Shown in pieces: positions 9,591 to 21,174 of a DNA stretch of 64,000 nt (position 1 is its first letter; each line of letters opens with the position of its first letter). Under the pieces are notes generated by a model that was given only the letters and a program-made list of their open reading frames with translations, was not told the origin of the DNA and searched no databases. The stretch lies in NCBI GenBank assembly GCA_021773215.1, contig JAJFKM010000012.1, positions 4,922 to 68,921 of the forward strand, given 5' to 3'. This stretch comes from Gammaproteobacteria bacterium (GTDB lineage: Bacteria; Pseudomonadota; Gammaproteobacteria; Eutrophobiales; Eutrophobiaceae). The position numbers and the translations under genes were made by a program.

Positions 9591-12368
9591 ATGGATAAAA
9601 CCTATAAGCCCGAAACAATAGAAGCCAATTGCTACGAGAATTGGGAGAAGAAAAATTACTTCGCGCCCGGAAACGATAGCGAGGAATCCTATTGCATCAT
9701 GCTGCCTCCTCCTAATGTGACGGGAAGCTTGCACATGGGTCATGCCTTTCAACAAACCTTAATGGACGTTTTGACGCGTTATCACCGTATGAATGGCAAT
9801 GACACTTTGTGGCAATGTGGCACAGACCACGCTGGTATCGCCACCCAGATGGTTGTTGAACGTCAACTCCAGGAAAAAGATATCTCACGACATGATCTTG
9901 GACGAGAAAAATTTATTGAAGCGGTTTGGGACTGGAAAGAACACTCGGGCAATACCATTACTCGCCAATCACGCCGACTAGGAACATCAATGGACTGGTC
10001 ACGCGAGCGATTCACCATGGATGATGGTCTATCAGAAGCAGTCAAAGAAACCTTTGTACGCTTACATGATGAAGGCTTGATCTATCGTGGCAAACGTCTG
10101 GTCAACTGGGATCCCGTTTTACATACGGCGATATCCGATCTTGAGGTTATCTCTGAAGAAGAGAACGGTCATCTGTGGCACATGCGTTATCCGTTGAAAA
10201 CACCTGTTGATGGCCTCGAATATATTGTTGTTGCTACAACTCGTCCGGAAACGATGCTCGGCGATGCGGCAGTTGCAGTACACCCTGATGATGAACGCTA
10301 TAAAGACTTGGTCGGCAAAGAAGTATTGCTCCCTTTAACTGATCGTACATTACCTGTAATAGCCGATGATTATGTTGACCCGGAGTTCGGAACTGGCTGC
10401 GTAAAGATTACCCCCGCACATGATTTCAATGACTATGAAATGGGTGAACGGCATAACTTAGAAAAAATAAATATTTTTACTGTTGATGCTGCACTAAATG
10501 ATGAGGCGCCAGAGAAGTATCGTGGCATGGATCGTTATGAAGCAAGAAAACAAATCGTCACCGATCTTGAGCAACAAGGATTACTCGATAAGATAGATGA
10601 GCATAAGTTAATGGTGCCGCGTGGTGATCGCTCACATGCGGTTGTTGAACCTTATCTAACCGATCAATGGTATGTAAAGATCCAGCCGCTCGCTGATCCT
10701 GCCATCAAGGCGGTAAAAGATGGTGACATAAAATTCGTACCTGCAAACTGGGACAAGACCTATTTTGAGTGGATGAACAATATTCAAGATTGGTGTATCA
10801 GCCGTCAGCTCTGGTGGGGTCACCGTATCCCGGCCTGGTATGACGATGAAGGCAATATTTATGTTGGTCACGATGAGGCTGCTGTCAGAGAGAGAAACAA
10901 TCTGGGTGATATCAATCTCAAACAGGATGAAGATGTACTCGATACATGGTTCTCATCTGCCTTATGGCCCTTCTCTACTTTGGGCTGGCCTGATAAAACA
11001 CCAGAGCTAGATAAATTTTACCCGACGAATGTTTTAGTCACCGGCTTTGACATCATCTTCTTTTGGGTCGCGCGCATGATTATGTTCGGGCTTAAGTTTA
11101 TGGACGATGTTCCATTCAAGGAAGTATATATTCATGGTTTGGTTCGCGACGGTGAAGGGCAGAAGATGTCCAAGTCTAAAGGCAATGTGCTTGACCCGAT
11201 CGACTTGATAGATGGCATTGAGCTTGAAGAACTAATTAGTAAACGTACAAGTGGCATGATGCAGCCACAAATGGCCGCAAAGATTGAAAAAGCAACGCGT
11301 AAACACTTTCCTGACGGGATTGAATCTTATGGAACGGACTCTTTACGATTTACCTTTGCGTCATTAGCAACACAAGGTCGATTTATTAATTTTGAAACTG
11401 GTCGCATTCAAGGTTATAGAAACTTTTGTAATAAGCTATGGAATGCCGCGCGCTACGTCATAAGCAATGTAGAGGCACAATCGATTAAACTCAATGAAGG
11501 CGATATGAAGTTTGGCTTGGCTGAAAGATGGATTGCCAGCAAATTATCTGCTGCAGTCGCAGCAACACATGAAGGCATGAAAACCTATCGCTTTGATCTT
11601 GCCTCGCAAGCCCTCTATGAATTCACCTGGGATGAATACTGTGACTGGTATATTGAGTTATCCAAAACAACTTTAAATAGTACTGGGGCAAGCGAAGCAC
11701 AAAAGCGCGGCACACTCTATACATTATTAAATGTACTCGAGACCTTACAACGCGCCCTCCATCCTTTTATCCCTTTTATCACCGAAGAACTTTGGCATCG
11801 AGTAGCAGCCTTGCTTGATAAAAAAGGAGAGAGCGTCATGCTTGAACCTTTTCCAAAACCAGATGAATTTGAGACAGATAATAAGTCAGTAGAGCAAATT
11901 GAATGGATTAAATTATTTATTATGGGTGTGCGCCGTATACGCGCAGAACGAGATATATCGCCGGGGAAAACATTAAACGTATTTGTGCGTAACGGTTCAA
12001 CCGATGAGTGCCAATGGTTAGATGAACATCAGAACTATATGAAAGCGCTGGGACGGATCGATTCGATCCAGTCCACTGAAGATGATATGGATGATGCCGT
12101 TATGGCTTTAGCTGGTGAAATGACGCTTCTCGTTCCTCTAGCTGATATCATCGATCCAGAGGCTGAGAAAAAACGATTAGAGAGTACAATTGAAAAACTG
12201 CAAAAAGAGAAGTCCGGCATGGAAGGTAAATTGAACAATAAAAGCTTTGTTGAACGCGCGCCCGCAGATGTGGTCGAAGGCGTAAAGCAAAAGCTTGCTG
12301 ATAAAGCAAACGAAATTGAAACCTTTGAAACACAGCTTAAATCAATATCAAAACTACTAGAAAATTAA
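9591..12368 (+). CDS. valS: Valine--tRNA ligase
   Basis: Start chosen at [11 protein letters not shown] (E. coli MEKTYNPQDIE). Class I HMGH motif ([13 protein letters not shown]) and KMSKS are present, with a C-terminal coiled coil. The listed ORF begins 12 nt upstream at 9579. Confidence 0.95.
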   Translation: MDKTYKPETIEANCYENWEKKNYFAPGNDSEESYCIMLPPPNVTGSLHMGHAFQQTLMDVLTRYHRMNGNDTLWQCGTDHAGIATQMVVERQLQEKDISRHDLGREKFIEAVWDWKEHSGNTITRQSRRLGTSMDWSRERFTMDDGLSEAVKETFVRLHDEGLIYRGKRLVNWDPVLHTAISDLEVISEEENGHLWHMRYPLKTPVDGLEYIVVATTRPETMLGDAAVAVHPDDERYKDLVGKEVLLPLTDRTLPVIADDYVDPEFGTGCVKITPAHDFNDYEMGERHNLEKINIFTVDAALNDEAPEKYRGMDRYEARKQIVTDLEQQGLLDKIDEHKLMVPRGDRSHAVVEPYLTDQWYVKIQPLADPAIKAVKDGDIKFVPANWDKTYFEWMNNIQDWCISRQLWWGHRIPAWYDDEGNIYVGHDEAAVRERNNLGDINLKQDEDVLDTWFSSALWPFSTLGWPDKTPELDKFYPTNVLVTGFDIIFFWVARMIMFGLKFMDDVPFKEVYIHGLVRDGEGQKMSKSKGNVLDPIDLIDGIELEELISKRTSGMMQPQMAAKIEKATRKHFPDGIESYGTDSLRFTFASLATQGRFINFETGRIQGYRNFCNKLWNAARYVISNVEAQSIKLNEGDMKFGLAERWIASKLSAAVAATHEGMKTYRFDLASQALYEFTWDEYCDWYIELSKTTLNSTGASEAQKRGTLYTLLNVLETLQRALHPFIPFITEELWHRVAALLDKKGESVMLEPFPKPDEFETDNKSVEQIEWIKLFIMGVRRIRAERDISPGKTLNVFVRNGSTDECQWLDEHQNYMKALGRIDSIQSTEDDMDDAVMALAGEMTLLVPLADIIDPEAEKKRLESTIEKLQKEKSGMEGKLNNKSFVERAPADVVEGVKQKLADKANEIETFETQLKSISKLLEN

Positions 12369-13048
12369 TGTTTAGTACTATCAAAGAAGAAATCGACGTT
12401 GTCTTCGAACGTGACCCGGCAGCACGTTCAATACTGGAGACGATCTTCACCTGCCCGGGGTTTCAAGCTATTATTTTGCATCGTTTTAATCATTGGCTGT
12501 GGAACAAAAAATTGTATTTCATCGCCCGCTTGATGGCGCACTTTGCCCGTTTCATTACCGGAATTGAAATCCACCCCGGCGCACAAATTGGGCGACGTTT
12601 TTTTATCGATCATGGTATGGGAATTGTTATCGGTGAAACCTCAGAAGTAGGCGATGACGTTTCAATTTATCACGGCGTAACATTGGGTGGCACAACCTGG
12701 AATAAAGGAAAACGCCACCCTACTCTGGAAAATAATGTCGTCATCGGTGCAGGCGCAAAGGTATTAGGACCTATTACTCTAGGCGCTGGAACGCGGGTTG
12801 GTTGTAATGCCGTGGTTGTTAAAGACACGCCTGAATGTGCAACCGTTGTTGGTGTGCCCGGGCATATCATCGTGAAACGTAAAGAAGAAGATAAAGATGC
12901 GCAGCGAGAGGCCATGGCAAAAAAGATAGGTTTTACTGCTTATGCCGAAAGCAAAGATATGCCCGATCCAGTACAAAATGGCTTGGAATCAGTATTAGAC
13001 CACCTACATAAGGTGGAAAAAGAGATAGAAGAACTTAAAAAGAAATGA
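12368..13048 (+). CDS. cysE: Serine O-acetyltransferase (short form)
   Basis: Left-handed beta-helix hexapeptide repeats ([41 protein letters not shown]). The start ATG overlaps the valS stop (TAATG). Confidence 0.85.
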   Translation: MFSTIKEEIDVVFERDPAARSILETIFTCPGFQAIILHRFNHWLWNKKLYFIARLMAHFARFITGIEIHPGAQIGRRFFIDHGMGIVIGETSEVGDDVSIYHGVTLGGTTWNKGKRHPTLENNVVIGAGAKVLGPITLGAGTRVGCNAVVVKDTPECATVVGVPGHIIVKRKEEDKDAQREAMAKKIGFTAYAESKDMPDPVQNGLESVLDHLHKVEKEIEELKKK

Positions 13049-13260
13049 CTAGCGAAAAAGACCCGAATATATTTCAAATTGCATTGAGCCTGTTAGCCTC
13101 TTTCTTTGGCGTTCAATCCCAGGAAAATATGGACCGTGATGAAGCCTATATAGAAAAAAATGGTATTAAAGTCTATGTCATCATGGGGTTTTTCTTGGTT
13201 TTTTGTCTGCTTATTACACTCTTTGGTATTGTTCAAATAGTCTTGCATTTCGTTCAATAA
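13045..13260 (+). CDS. Small membrane protein, DUF2970-like
   Basis: 71-aa ORF with two hydrophobic helices. It overlaps the cysE stop by 4 nt. The family assignment is from memory of the motif. Confidence 0.45.
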   Translation: MTSEKDPNIFQIALSLLASFFGVQSQENMDRDEAYIEKNGIKVYVIMGFFLVFCLLITLFGIVQIVLHFVQ

Positions 13261-13364
13261 AAACCTCAAACTTCAGCAAGACCGCTTTCCTCATAAAATT
13301 TTAACCAATTGATTTAATTGGTAATTTTTACATAAAACCATATCCGACTAATTTTGTCTGATAT

Positions 13365-13389
13365 ATACTTGACTAAAACACTAGGTTAT
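13365..13389. promoter_or_regulatory. Putative IscR type-1 binding site overlapping the iscR/suf promoter -35 (TTGACT)
   Basis: ATACTTGACTAAAACACTAGGTTAT matches ~22/25 positions of the type-1 consensus ATASYYGACTRWWWYAGTCRRSTAT. It lies ~50 bp upstream of the iscR start. Confidence 0.35.
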
Positions 13390-13435
13390 GTGAACCTTGC
13401 CGTCCCAAATATGGGCAATGTTAGAGAAATAAACC

Positions 13436-13891
13436 ATGAAAATGACAACCAAAGGCCGTTATGCCGTAACTGCAATCCTCGATGTGGCGTTACATGATAG
13501 TAACGGCCCAGTGAATCTGTCGGATATTTCTCAGCGTCAGGATATATCGCTGACCTACCTTGAGCAGCTATTCAGCAAATTAAAAAAGAACGGCCTCGTT
13601 GAAAGTGCGCGTGGTCCAGGTGGCGGTTACCGTCTGGCGCAAGATGCTGACCAAATTACCGTTGCCAAAGTCATCTATTCTGTTGATGAACCGATAGATG
13701 TTACGCGATGCAAAGGTAAACAAAACTGCCAAGGCGACTTACGTTGTCTTACGCACGATTTATGGATGGAATTAAATATGCACATTTCAGGTTTTTTGAA
13801 TGGTCTTACTTTGGCCGATTTAATCAACCGCAATAACGTTAAACAAGTATCTGAACGACAAGATGTCATCATGATGCAATTACAAAGTTGA
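13436..13891 (+). CDS. iscR: Rrf2-family [2Fe-2S] transcriptional regulator IscR
   Basis: [20 protein letters not shown]... and [12 protein letters not shown]. The three conserved cluster-ligand Cys are present ([13 protein letters not shown]). Confidence 0.85.
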   Translation: MKMTTKGRYAVTAILDVALHDSNGPVNLSDISQRQDISLTYLEQLFSKLKKNGLVESARGPGGGYRLAQDADQITVAKVIYSVDEPIDVTRCKGKQNCQGDLRCLTHDLWMELNMHISGFLNGLTLADLINRNNVKQVSERQDVIMMQLQS

Positions 13892-14253
13892 TAAATACTA
13901 TGACTACAGAAGCTGCAATTAACCTTACCGACACTGCTAAAAAACATATAGAAACTGTCCTTGCCAAAGATACGGATGGTATTGGTTTACGCGTTGGCGT
14001 GAAAACCACCGGCTGTTCCGGCTATCAATATGTTATTGAAACGGCGAAGGCAATTAATGATGAAGAAAAGATTATTGAATCAAATGGCATCAAGATCGTT
14101 ATTGATGACCAAAGCCTACGCTATCTCGCGGGAACTGAACTCGACTTTGTACACGAAGGATTGAGTGCCGGTTTTAAATTCAACAACCCTAATGTTGAAG
14201 ATGCCTGTGGTTGTGGTGAAAGCTTTAGCCTTAAACAAGGTATGGAGAATTAA
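13888..14253 (+). CDS. sufA: A-type Fe-S cluster carrier (SufA/IscA/ErpA family)
   Basis: 121-aa protein with the CSGYQY...CGCGESF C-terminal motif characteristic of A-type carriers. Confidence 0.8.
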   Translation: MINTMTTEAAINLTDTAKKHIETVLAKDTDGIGLRVGVKTTGCSGYQYVIETAKAINDEEKIIESNGIKIVIDDQSLRYLAGTELDFVHEGLSAGFKFNNPNVEDACGCGESFSLKQGMEN

Positions 14254-14254
14254 G

Positions 14255-15703
14255 ATGTCTACTAATACTGAAAACATGGAAGAGCTTGTTGGCAAAGACT
14301 ACGAACATGGCTTTGTCACTGACATTGATACAGATACAGTAGCGCCGGGTCTTAACGAAGAGACCATTGCATTTATCTCAAAAAAGAAAGAAGAACCTAA
14401 GTGGCTGCTTGAATGGCGTCTAAAAGCATATCGGCATTGGCTAACCATGGAAGATCCAACCTGGGCGCATCTTGATATAGAGCACATTGATTATCAAGCA
14501 ATTTCATATTATTCCGCACCTAAATCGAAAGATGATGGCCCAAAAAGTCTAGACGAAGTCGATCCAAAATTATTAGAGACCTATGAAAAATTAGGTATCC
14601 CATTACAAGAACAAAAATTCCTGGCAGGTGTTGCCGTTGATGCAGTTTTCGACAGTGTCTCTGTTGCAACAACCTTTAAAGGCAAGCTTGCCGATGCCGG
14701 TGTTATTTTTTGTTCCTTTTCTGAAGCCGTAAAAGAACATCCCGAGCTTGTTAAAAAATATCTGGGCTCGGTAGTCCCGGCTGCAGATAATTTTTTCGGT
14801 GCATTAAACTCAGCGGTCTTCACCGATGGTTCGTTTGTATATATCCCAAAAGGTGTGCGATGCCCTATGGAGTTATCGACTTACTTTAGAATCAATGCTT
14901 CCAACACTGGACAGTTTGAACGTACGTTGATCATTGCTGATGAAAAAAGTCATGTCAGTTATCTCGAAGGCTGTACTGCACCGATGCGCGATGAAAACCA
15001 ATTACATGCTGCGGTTGTCGAGTTAGTTGCCTTGGAAGATGCAGAGATCAAATACTCAACCGTACAGAACTGGTATCCCGGGGATGAGAATGGTGTTGGT
15101 GGCATTTATAACTTTGTCACCAAACGCGCTGATTGCCGCGGGAATAACTCTAAAGTTTCCTGGACACAAGTCGAAACCGGCTCGGCAATTACTTGGAAAT
15201 ATCCTAGTTGTATTTTAAAGGGCGATAATTCAGTCGGTGAATTTTATTCCGTTGCGGTAACGAATAACTATCAACAAGCAGATACCGGCACGAAGATGAT
15301 ACACATTGGCAAGAACACCAGTAGCACCATCATTTCTAAAGGTATCTCTGCGCGACATGCTCAGCAATCGTATCGTGGGCTAGTCAAGATAAGTAAAAGC
15401 GCGGAAAACGCACGAAACTATACGCAGTGTGATTCCTTATTAATGGGTGACCAATGTGGCGCGCATACCTTCCCTTATATCGAAGCTAAAAACTCAAGCG
15501 CTACTGTTGAGCATGAAGCCTCCACATCAAAGATTGGTGATGATCAATTATTTTATTGTATGCAACGTGGCATCAAGGAAGAAGATGCCGTCAATATGAT
15601 CGTGAATGGTTTCTGTAAAGAAGTCTTCAAGGAATTGCCGATGGAATTTGCGGTAGAAGCACAGAAGCTATTAGGCATCACACTCGAAGGTGCTGTCGGT
15701 TAA
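14255..15703 (+). CDS. sufB: Fe-S cluster assembly scaffold SufB
   Basis: Start chosen at [10 protein letters not shown], one nt after the sufA stop with a GGAG RBS. The listed ORF starts upstream at 14165 with a sequence that overlaps sufA. ~482 aa with conserved SufB C-terminal core. Confidence 0.9.
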   Translation: MSTNTENMEELVGKDYEHGFVTDIDTDTVAPGLNEETIAFISKKKEEPKWLLEWRLKAYRHWLTMEDPTWAHLDIEHIDYQAISYYSAPKSKDDGPKSLDEVDPKLLETYEKLGIPLQEQKFLAGVAVDAVFDSVSVATTFKGKLADAGVIFCSFSEAVKEHPELVKKYLGSVVPAADNFFGALNSAVFTDGSFVYIPKGVRCPMELSTYFRINASNTGQFERTLIIADEKSHVSYLEGCTAPMRDENQLHAAVVELVALEDAEIKYSTVQNWYPGDENGVGGIYNFVTKRADCRGNNSKVSWTQVETGSAITWKYPSCILKGDNSVGEFYSVAVTNNYQQADTGTKMIHIGKNTSSTIISKGISARHAQQSYRGLVKISKSAENARNYTQCDSLLMGDQCGAHTFPYIEAKNSSATVEHEASTSKIGDDQLFYCMQRGIKEEDAVNMIVNGFCKEVFKELPMEFAVEAQKLLGITLEGAVG

Positions 15704-15744
15704 TAGACAGCGAATAAAGAATTTAAATATTTCAGGTATAGACA

Positions 15745-16494
15745 ATGTTAAATATCCAAAACTTACATGCAAAAATAGGTAACAAAGAAATACTCAAAGG
15801 TTTAAACCTGAGTGTTAATGCCGGTGAAGTACATGCCATCATGGGACCGAATGGTTCTGGTAAAAGCACATTAGCCAATGTCCTTGCGGGCAGAAATGGT
15901 TATGACGTCACCAAAGGCACAGTTGAGTATGAAGGCAATAATTTACTCGAACTTGCGCCAGAAGAACGCGCCTGGGCTGGCGTGTTTCTCGCCTTTCAAT
16001 ACCCGGTAGAAATACCTGGTGTTAATAACGTTTATTTATTAAAAGCGGCAGTTAATGCGGTACGTAAATATCGTGGCGAACCTGAATTAGATGCTGTCGA
16101 ATTTCTAGGGCTGATCAAAGAAAAGATGAAGATCGTCAAGATGAAAGAAGACCTGCTCAATCGATCTGTTAATGAAGGTTTTTCAGGCGGCGAGAAGAAA
16201 CGTAACGAGATATTTCAAATGTCAGTACTTGAACCAAAGCTTGCCATTCTCGATGAAACGGATTCTGGTCTTGATATCGATGCATTAAAAATTGTCTCTG
16301 AAGGCGTGAATAGTTTACGTAACGAAGAACGCTCAATTATTTTAGTCACGCATTACCAACGCCTGTTGGATTACATTAAACCTGATCACGTACATGTACT
16401 AAGCAATGGCAAGATTATTAAGTCTGGCGGGCCTGATCTAGCATTAGAGCTTGAAGAAAAAGGTTATGACTGGATTAAGGAAGAAGCTGCGTGA
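15745..16494 (+). CDS. sufC: Fe-S cluster assembly ATPase SufC
   Basis: Walker [13 protein letters not shown] signature FSGGEKKR and Walker [13 protein letters not shown]. Length 249 aa. Confidence 0.9.
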   Translation: MLNIQNLHAKIGNKEILKGLNLSVNAGEVHAIMGPNGSGKSTLANVLAGRNGYDVTKGTVEYEGNNLLELAPEERAWAGVFLAFQYPVEIPGVNNVYLLKAAVNAVRKYRGEPELDAVEFLGLIKEKMKIVKMKEDLLNRSVNEGFSGGEKKRNEIFQMSVLEPKLAILDETDSGLDIDALKIVSEGVNSLRNEERSIILVTHYQRLLDYIKPDHVHVLSNGKIIKSGGPDLALELEEKGYDWIKEEAA

Positions 16495-17813
16495 GTACAG
16501 AAATACAAAATTATATTAGCGACTTTGACCAGTTAAAAAATGATGACTGGTTTGCTGAAAGTCGTCAATCAGCTTTAAATATTTTCAAAGAGACTGGGTT
16601 TCCAAACTCAAGACTTGAAAATTGGAAGTATACTGACGTGCGTCCAATCAAGAAAAAATCATTTTCCAATGTAACAGAGGCAACTGTTTCAATCAGCATT
16701 GAAGAAATTAATGCGATACGATTTGATGGCCTAGATTGCATAGAAGTAGTTTTCATTAATGGTGTGTTTTCAAAAGAACATACCCGGCTTGATGGATTAG
16801 AAAAAGGTTTAGACGTAGAAAATATGCTGGATGCTTTGGCAAATGACAAAGATCTGCTAGCGAAGCATTTAACAAAGTATGCAGATGACAAAATCAGTCC
16901 TTTCACCGCGTTAAATACCGCATTTATACAAAACGGTACGTTAATTAATGTGTCGGCTAATACTGTCATAGAAAAACCAATCCATATTTTATATCTATCA
17001 AAAGATAGCAATAGTGCACTTGCTACACACCCTAGAAATCTTATTGTTATGGGTGAGAATTCCGAAGCAACTGTAATTGAAAGTTATATTGGTCTTGATG
17101 ATGCAAATTATTTTACCAATGCAGTAACAGAGGTTGCTTTATCAACCAGTGCAATCCTTAAACACTATAAGATTCAACAAGAAAGTTTGAATGCCTATCA
17201 TATTGGCAACCTGAATGTGATGCAGGGCAAGAATAGTAAACTTGAATCGCATTCAATTTCGCTGGGTGGTGCTTTGGTTCGCAATGATATTCATGGACAG
17301 CTTGCTGCTGAAGGTGCAGAGATCATCATGAACGGCTTATACATGACCGGTGATAAACAACATGTGGATAACCACACTCGTGTTGATCACTTAAAGCCAC
17401 TCACACTCAGTACTGAAAACTATCGCGGTGTACTCAATGGGAAAAGTCGCGCTGTCTTTAATGGGAAGGTCATTGTTCACAAGGATGCACAAAAGATTGA
17501 AGCGCATCAAAATAATGCCAACTTACTATTATCCGATGATGCAGAGATTGACACTAAACCTGAACTAGAGATCTATGCCGATGATGTTAAATGCACTCAT
17601 GGTGCAACCGTCGGTCAACTAGATCAAAACATGCTGTTCTATTTACGTTCACGTGCAATTGATGAAGAAACAGCACGCAGTTTATTAACCTATGCATTTG
17701 CTGACGAACTTATCAGCAATATAAGCTTTGCGCCGATTAGAAACCGCCTGGAACGTCTAGTCATCGGCCAACTACCCGATGCCGCCTTGATTCGTGAGTT
17801 TACTAATGAATAA
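16491..17813 (+). CDS. sufD: Fe-S cluster assembly protein SufD
   Basis: 440 aa. It overlaps the sufC stop. The SufB-paralog C-terminal beta-helix region is present. Confidence 0.85.
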   Translation: MSTEIQNYISDFDQLKNDDWFAESRQSALNIFKETGFPNSRLENWKYTDVRPIKKKSFSNVTEATVSISIEEINAIRFDGLDCIEVVFINGVFSKEHTRLDGLEKGLDVENMLDALANDKDLLAKHLTKYADDKISPFTALNTAFIQNGTLINVSANTVIEKPIHILYLSKDSNSALATHPRNLIVMGENSEATVIESYIGLDDANYFTNAVTEVALSTSAILKHYKIQQESLNAYHIGNLNVMQGKNSKLESHSISLGGALVRNDIHGQLAAEGAEIIMNGLYMTGDKQHVDNHTRVDHLKPLTLSTENYRGVLNGKSRAVFNGKVIVHKDAQKIEAHQNNANLLLSDDAEIDTKPELEIYADDVKCTHGATVGQLDQNMLFYLRSRAIDEETARSLLTYAFADELISNISFAPIRNRLERLVIGQLPDAALIREFTNE

Positions 17814-19068
17814 TTCTAATACAGCAAAGACTATAACAAATACATCTGCTCCGTTTGATGTAGATAGATTTCGTAAAGATTTCCCTATATTGAATGAACA
17901 GGTGCATGGAAAGCCACTTGTATATCTTGATAATGCTGCTACTGCACAAAAACCAAAACAGGTTATTGAAACCATAGATGCATATTATCGAGAGACAAAT
18001 TCCAATATTCATCGTGGAGTACATACGCTTAGCGAAAAAGCGACTGTGATTTACGAAAAAGCACGTGGCAAAGTTAAAGAATTTATTAATGCCGCCTCAA
18101 CAAAAGAAATCGTGTTTGTGCGTGGTGCAACGGAAGGCATCAACCTTGTCGCGCAGAGTTTTGGTCGTAACACGCTAAAGGCCGGTGATGAGATCATTAT
18201 CACTGAACTCGAACATCATTCGAATATTGTACCTTGGCAAATTCTTAGTGAACAAACTGGCGCAACGCTGAAATATATTCCGATTAATGATGCGGGTGAA
18301 TTAATTCTCGAAGAGTATGAAAAATTACTCAGCGATAAAACACGCATTGTTGCCGTTGGTCATATCTCTAACGCATTGGGCACGATCAATCCGATCAAAA
18401 ACATTATCGACAAAGCCCATGCCGTTGGTGCAAAAGTAATAGTTGATGGTGCTCAAGCCGTACCCCATACACGAGTTGATGTTAAAGATCTCGATTGTGA
18501 TTTCTATGTCTTCTCCGGCCATAAGCTATTCGGACCAACCGGCATTGGCGTGCTCTATGGCAAAGAAGCCATATTAGAATCGATGCCTCCCTATCAAGGT
18601 GGTGGCGATATGATCCAAATGGTCACCATGGAAAAGAGTACCTATAACGCCTTACCCTATAAGTTCGAAGCAGGGACACCTCATATCGCAGGAGTCATTG
18701 GTCTAGGCGCAGCGATTGATTATGTGAGTGAGCTTGGACTTGAAGCCGCTGCACAATATGAAATCGAACTACTTGATTATGCCAGTGAGCAAGCATCTCA
18801 AGTTCCTGGCTTGAATTTTGTAGGTACTGCGAAAAGCAAAACGAGTATTCTTTCATTCACATTGGATGGTATCCATCCACACGACATCGGCACCATACTA
18901 GATGGCGAAGGTGTCGCGATTCGTGCTGGGCACCATTGTGCGATGCCGGTAATGGAACGTTTCAATATTCCAGCAACAGCCAGAGCTTCATTTGCCTTCT
19001 ACAATACACGGCAAGAAGTAGATGCCTTAATACAAGCCATCGATAAATGCCAGAAGGTATTCAACTAA
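17794..19068 (+). CDS. sufS: Cysteine desulfurase SufS (class II)
   Basis: PLP-lysine motif [16 protein letters not shown] and the RAGHHCA active-site Cys loop. Length 424 aa. Confidence 0.9.
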   Translation: MSLLMNNSNTAKTITNTSAPFDVDRFRKDFPILNEQVHGKPLVYLDNAATAQKPKQVIETIDAYYRETNSNIHRGVHTLSEKATVIYEKARGKVKEFINAASTKEIVFVRGATEGINLVAQSFGRNTLKAGDEIIITELEHHSNIVPWQILSEQTGATLKYIPINDAGELILEEYEKLLSDKTRIVAVGHISNALGTINPIKNIIDKAHAVGAKVIVDGAQAVPHTRVDVKDLDCDFYVFSGHKLFGPTGIGVLYGKEAILESMPPYQGGGDMIQMVTMEKSTYNALPYKFEAGTPHIAGVIGLGAAIDYVSELGLEAAAQYEIELLDYASEQASQVPGLNFVGTAKSKTSILSFTLDGIHPHDIGTILDGEGVAIRAGHHCAMPVMERFNIPATARASFAFYNTRQEVDALIQAIDKCQKVFN

Positions 19069-19514
19069 TGTTTGATATAAAAGATCTATATCAGGAAGTG
19101 ATCGTCGATCACAATCGTAGCCCACGAAATTTTGGCAAGCTTGATGATGCCGATACTACGCTTGAAGGTTTTAATCCTCTTTGCGGTGATAAGTTAACGC
19201 TCTATCTTAAAACCGATGGCAAAAAAATTAACGACATCGCATTTGATGGTTCAGGCTGTGCCATCTCAGTCGCATCAGCATCATTAATGACGGATGCCAT
19301 GAAGGGCATGTCATTAGACGAGGCAGAAATACTATTTAATGAGTTTCATAACTTAGTCACCACCGATGATGACTATGATGCAGAAAGTTTAGGGAAATTG
19401 GCAGCATTAGCTGGCGTTAAAGATTATCCCGCCAGAGTTAAATGCGCTTCACTTTGTTGGCACACGCTGCATTCAGCACTGCAAGGTGATCACACTCCCG
19501 TTAAAACAGAATAA
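19068..19514 (+). CDS. sufU: SufU-type sulfur acceptor/scaffold (IscU/NifU-like, zinc type)
   Basis: NPLCGD, GCAIS and PARVKCASLCWHTL motifs match SufU rather than IscU. The start overlaps the sufS stop (TAATG); the listed ORF begins at 19047. Confidence 0.7.
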   Translation: MFDIKDLYQEVIVDHNRSPRNFGKLDDADTTLEGFNPLCGDKLTLYLKTDGKKINDIAFDGSGCAISVASASLMTDAMKGMSLDEAEILFNEFHNLVTTDDDYDAESLGKLAALAGVKDYPARVKCASLCWHTLHSALQGDHTPVKTE

Positions 19515-19527
19515 TAAATAAATTGTC

Positions 19528-20085
19528 ATGCAAGAAAATAAACCTATAACGTTAGAACGCGACTGCGAAGCAGTCTTAATTCCAGTCGGCACACCATTAG
19601 AATTACCCGAGGGAACCGTTGTATTAATAACTCAATCATTGGGCGGAAGTTATACCGTCAACGTTAATGGCAACCTCGCCCGTATTGCGGCAAAAGATGC
19701 AGATGCCCTTGGTTTTGAAATTGAAGACAGCGTTGATGAAACAGTAGAAAAAGAACTTACTGGTGACGGCAGCGTTGATGAAGATTTAGTCTGGGATCAA
19801 ATGCGAACCTGTTATGACCCGGAGATACCTATAAACATTGTTGAGCTTGGTCTCATCTATGAATGCGATATTACGCCACTCGGCGCTGATGGTAATCAAA
19901 TCGACATTGTCATGACATTAACAGCTGCAGGATGTGGCATGGGTGACTTTCTAGCTGAAGATGTTCGTACGAAGGTACTAACCTTGCCTAATGTAACTCG
20001 GGTTAATGTCAGCGTTACCTTTGAACCACCCTGGAGTCAGGAAATGATGTCGGAGGCAGCACGACTAGAGACGGGGATGTATTAA
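19528..20085 (+). CDS. sufT: SufT-like Fe-S assembly protein (DUF59/MIP18 family)
   Basis: DPEIPINIVELGLIY, the hallmark of DUF59. Confidence 0.7.
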   Translation: MQENKPITLERDCEAVLIPVGTPLELPEGTVVLITQSLGGSYTVNVNGNLARIAAKDADALGFEIEDSVDETVEKELTGDGSVDEDLVWDQMRTCYDPEIPINIVELGLIYECDITPLGADGNQIDIVMTLTAAGCGMGDFLAEDVRTKVLTLPNVTRVNVSVTFEPPWSQEMMSEAARLETGMY

Positions 20086-20086
20086 T

Positions 20087-20425
20087 ATGGCAGGTTGGTT
20101 TAACGTCGTGCCTGAAACAGAACTATTACCCGGAAAAGCAAAATTAGTTGATGTTGATAATGTGATGATCGCAGTCTTTAACCTAGACGGCGAATACCAT
20201 GCGGTTGAAGATGTCTGTACTCACGATGGTTCTCCCATGCTTGGCTGTGGTCTTGAGCCAGAACAAGTCATCGATGGTGCAGAAATCATCTGTCCACGAC
20301 ACGGCGCGCGTTTTTGTATCAAAACAGGCAATGCTTTAACACCACCCGCCTATGAGCCAACCACAACTTTTCCAGTCCGAGTAGAAAATGGAATGGTGCA
20401 AGTAACCGACGACCGTTGCGACTAA
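20087..20425 (+). CDS. Rieske [2Fe-2S] ferredoxin-like small protein
   Basis: CTHDG...CPRHGARF Rieske ligand boxes. It sits 1 nt after the sufT stop. Confidence 0.75.
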   Translation: MAGWFNVVPETELLPGKAKLVDVDNVMIAVFNLDGEYHAVEDVCTHDGSPMLGCGLEPEQVIDGAEIICPRHGARFCIKTGNALTPPAYEPTTTFPVRVENGMVQVTDDRCD

Positions 20426-20433
20426 AGGCACAA

Positions 20434-20557
20434 TAAAAATGCACTTTTTCTATAATAGCAGCGTCAGCTCCGTGCTCAATTCCTCATGTATTATCTATAC
20501 ATTCCGGGTTTCCGCGCGGTGCTTCCTTGCTCTTACAGAAAAATCACTATTTTTATC
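20434..20557 (+). repeat. Copy A (most divergent) of a ~124-bp interspersed intergenic repeat; ends with the AAAAATGCAC...TCACTATTTTTAT pattern
   Basis: Aligns along its full length with 37696-37819 and 50278-50401 (roughly three quarters identity to each by eye). It starts 9 nt after the Rieske gene stop. Confidence 0.6.
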
Positions 20558-20721
20558 AGTCCCTTCAAAAAAACATAGATTTCCAGCTTTAAATTAACAT
20601 TTTCGGCTAGATTACTGCTTTATATACAAAATTAATGTCATTGGTAGTTTCATCAACGACCCTGTAACACGTATAATCTCGCGATTTGATAATAAGTAAA
20701 GATCTAGGGAGATTTGGTTAA

Positions 20722-21168
20722 ATGGCACTTGAAAAAACACTCACGATAATTAAGCCTGACGCTGTTGCCGCAAACAACGCCGGCAATATATTAGCGCTGA
20801 TAGAAGCAGCAGGCCTTCGTGTTATTGCAGCAAAAATGCTGCATATGTCAGATAAGCACACAGAAGTACTCTATGAAGAACATAAGGAACGCCCTTTTTA
20901 TGCTTCATTAGCCGGTTATATGACATCCGGTCCGGTATTGGTAATGGTGCTTGAAGGTGAGAATGCCGTCTCCATCTTGCGTAACATCATGGGAGCAACA
21001 GTCCCCAAAGAGGCAGAAACCGGTACTATTCGTAACCTCTATGCCGAACATGAACAAAAAGATGGCGCACTAGAAAATGCGATACATGGTTCAGACAGTA
21101 GCGCTAGCGCTGAAAGAGAAATTGACTTTTTCTTTAAAGCTGATGAAATTTGCCCACGAACACGATAA
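20722..21168 (+). CDS. ndk: Nucleoside diphosphate kinase
   Basis: [17 protein letters not shown]-terminus and the active-site NxxHGSD (NAIHGSDS). Confidence 0.9.
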   Translation: MALEKTLTIIKPDAVAANNAGNILALIEAAGLRVIAAKMLHMSDKHTEVLYEEHKERPFYASLAGYMTSGPVLVMVLEGENAVSILRNIMGATVPKEAETGTIRNLYAEHEQKDGALENAIHGSDSSASAEREIDFFFKADEICPRTR

Positions 21169-21174
21169 AAAGGC

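Noticed and set aside
14165-14254. Upstream extension of sufB to 14165
   Set aside because: The extension overlaps the sufA C-terminus in another frame. The conserved SufB N-terminus (MSTNTEN...) begins at 14255 right after the sufA stop, with an RBS.
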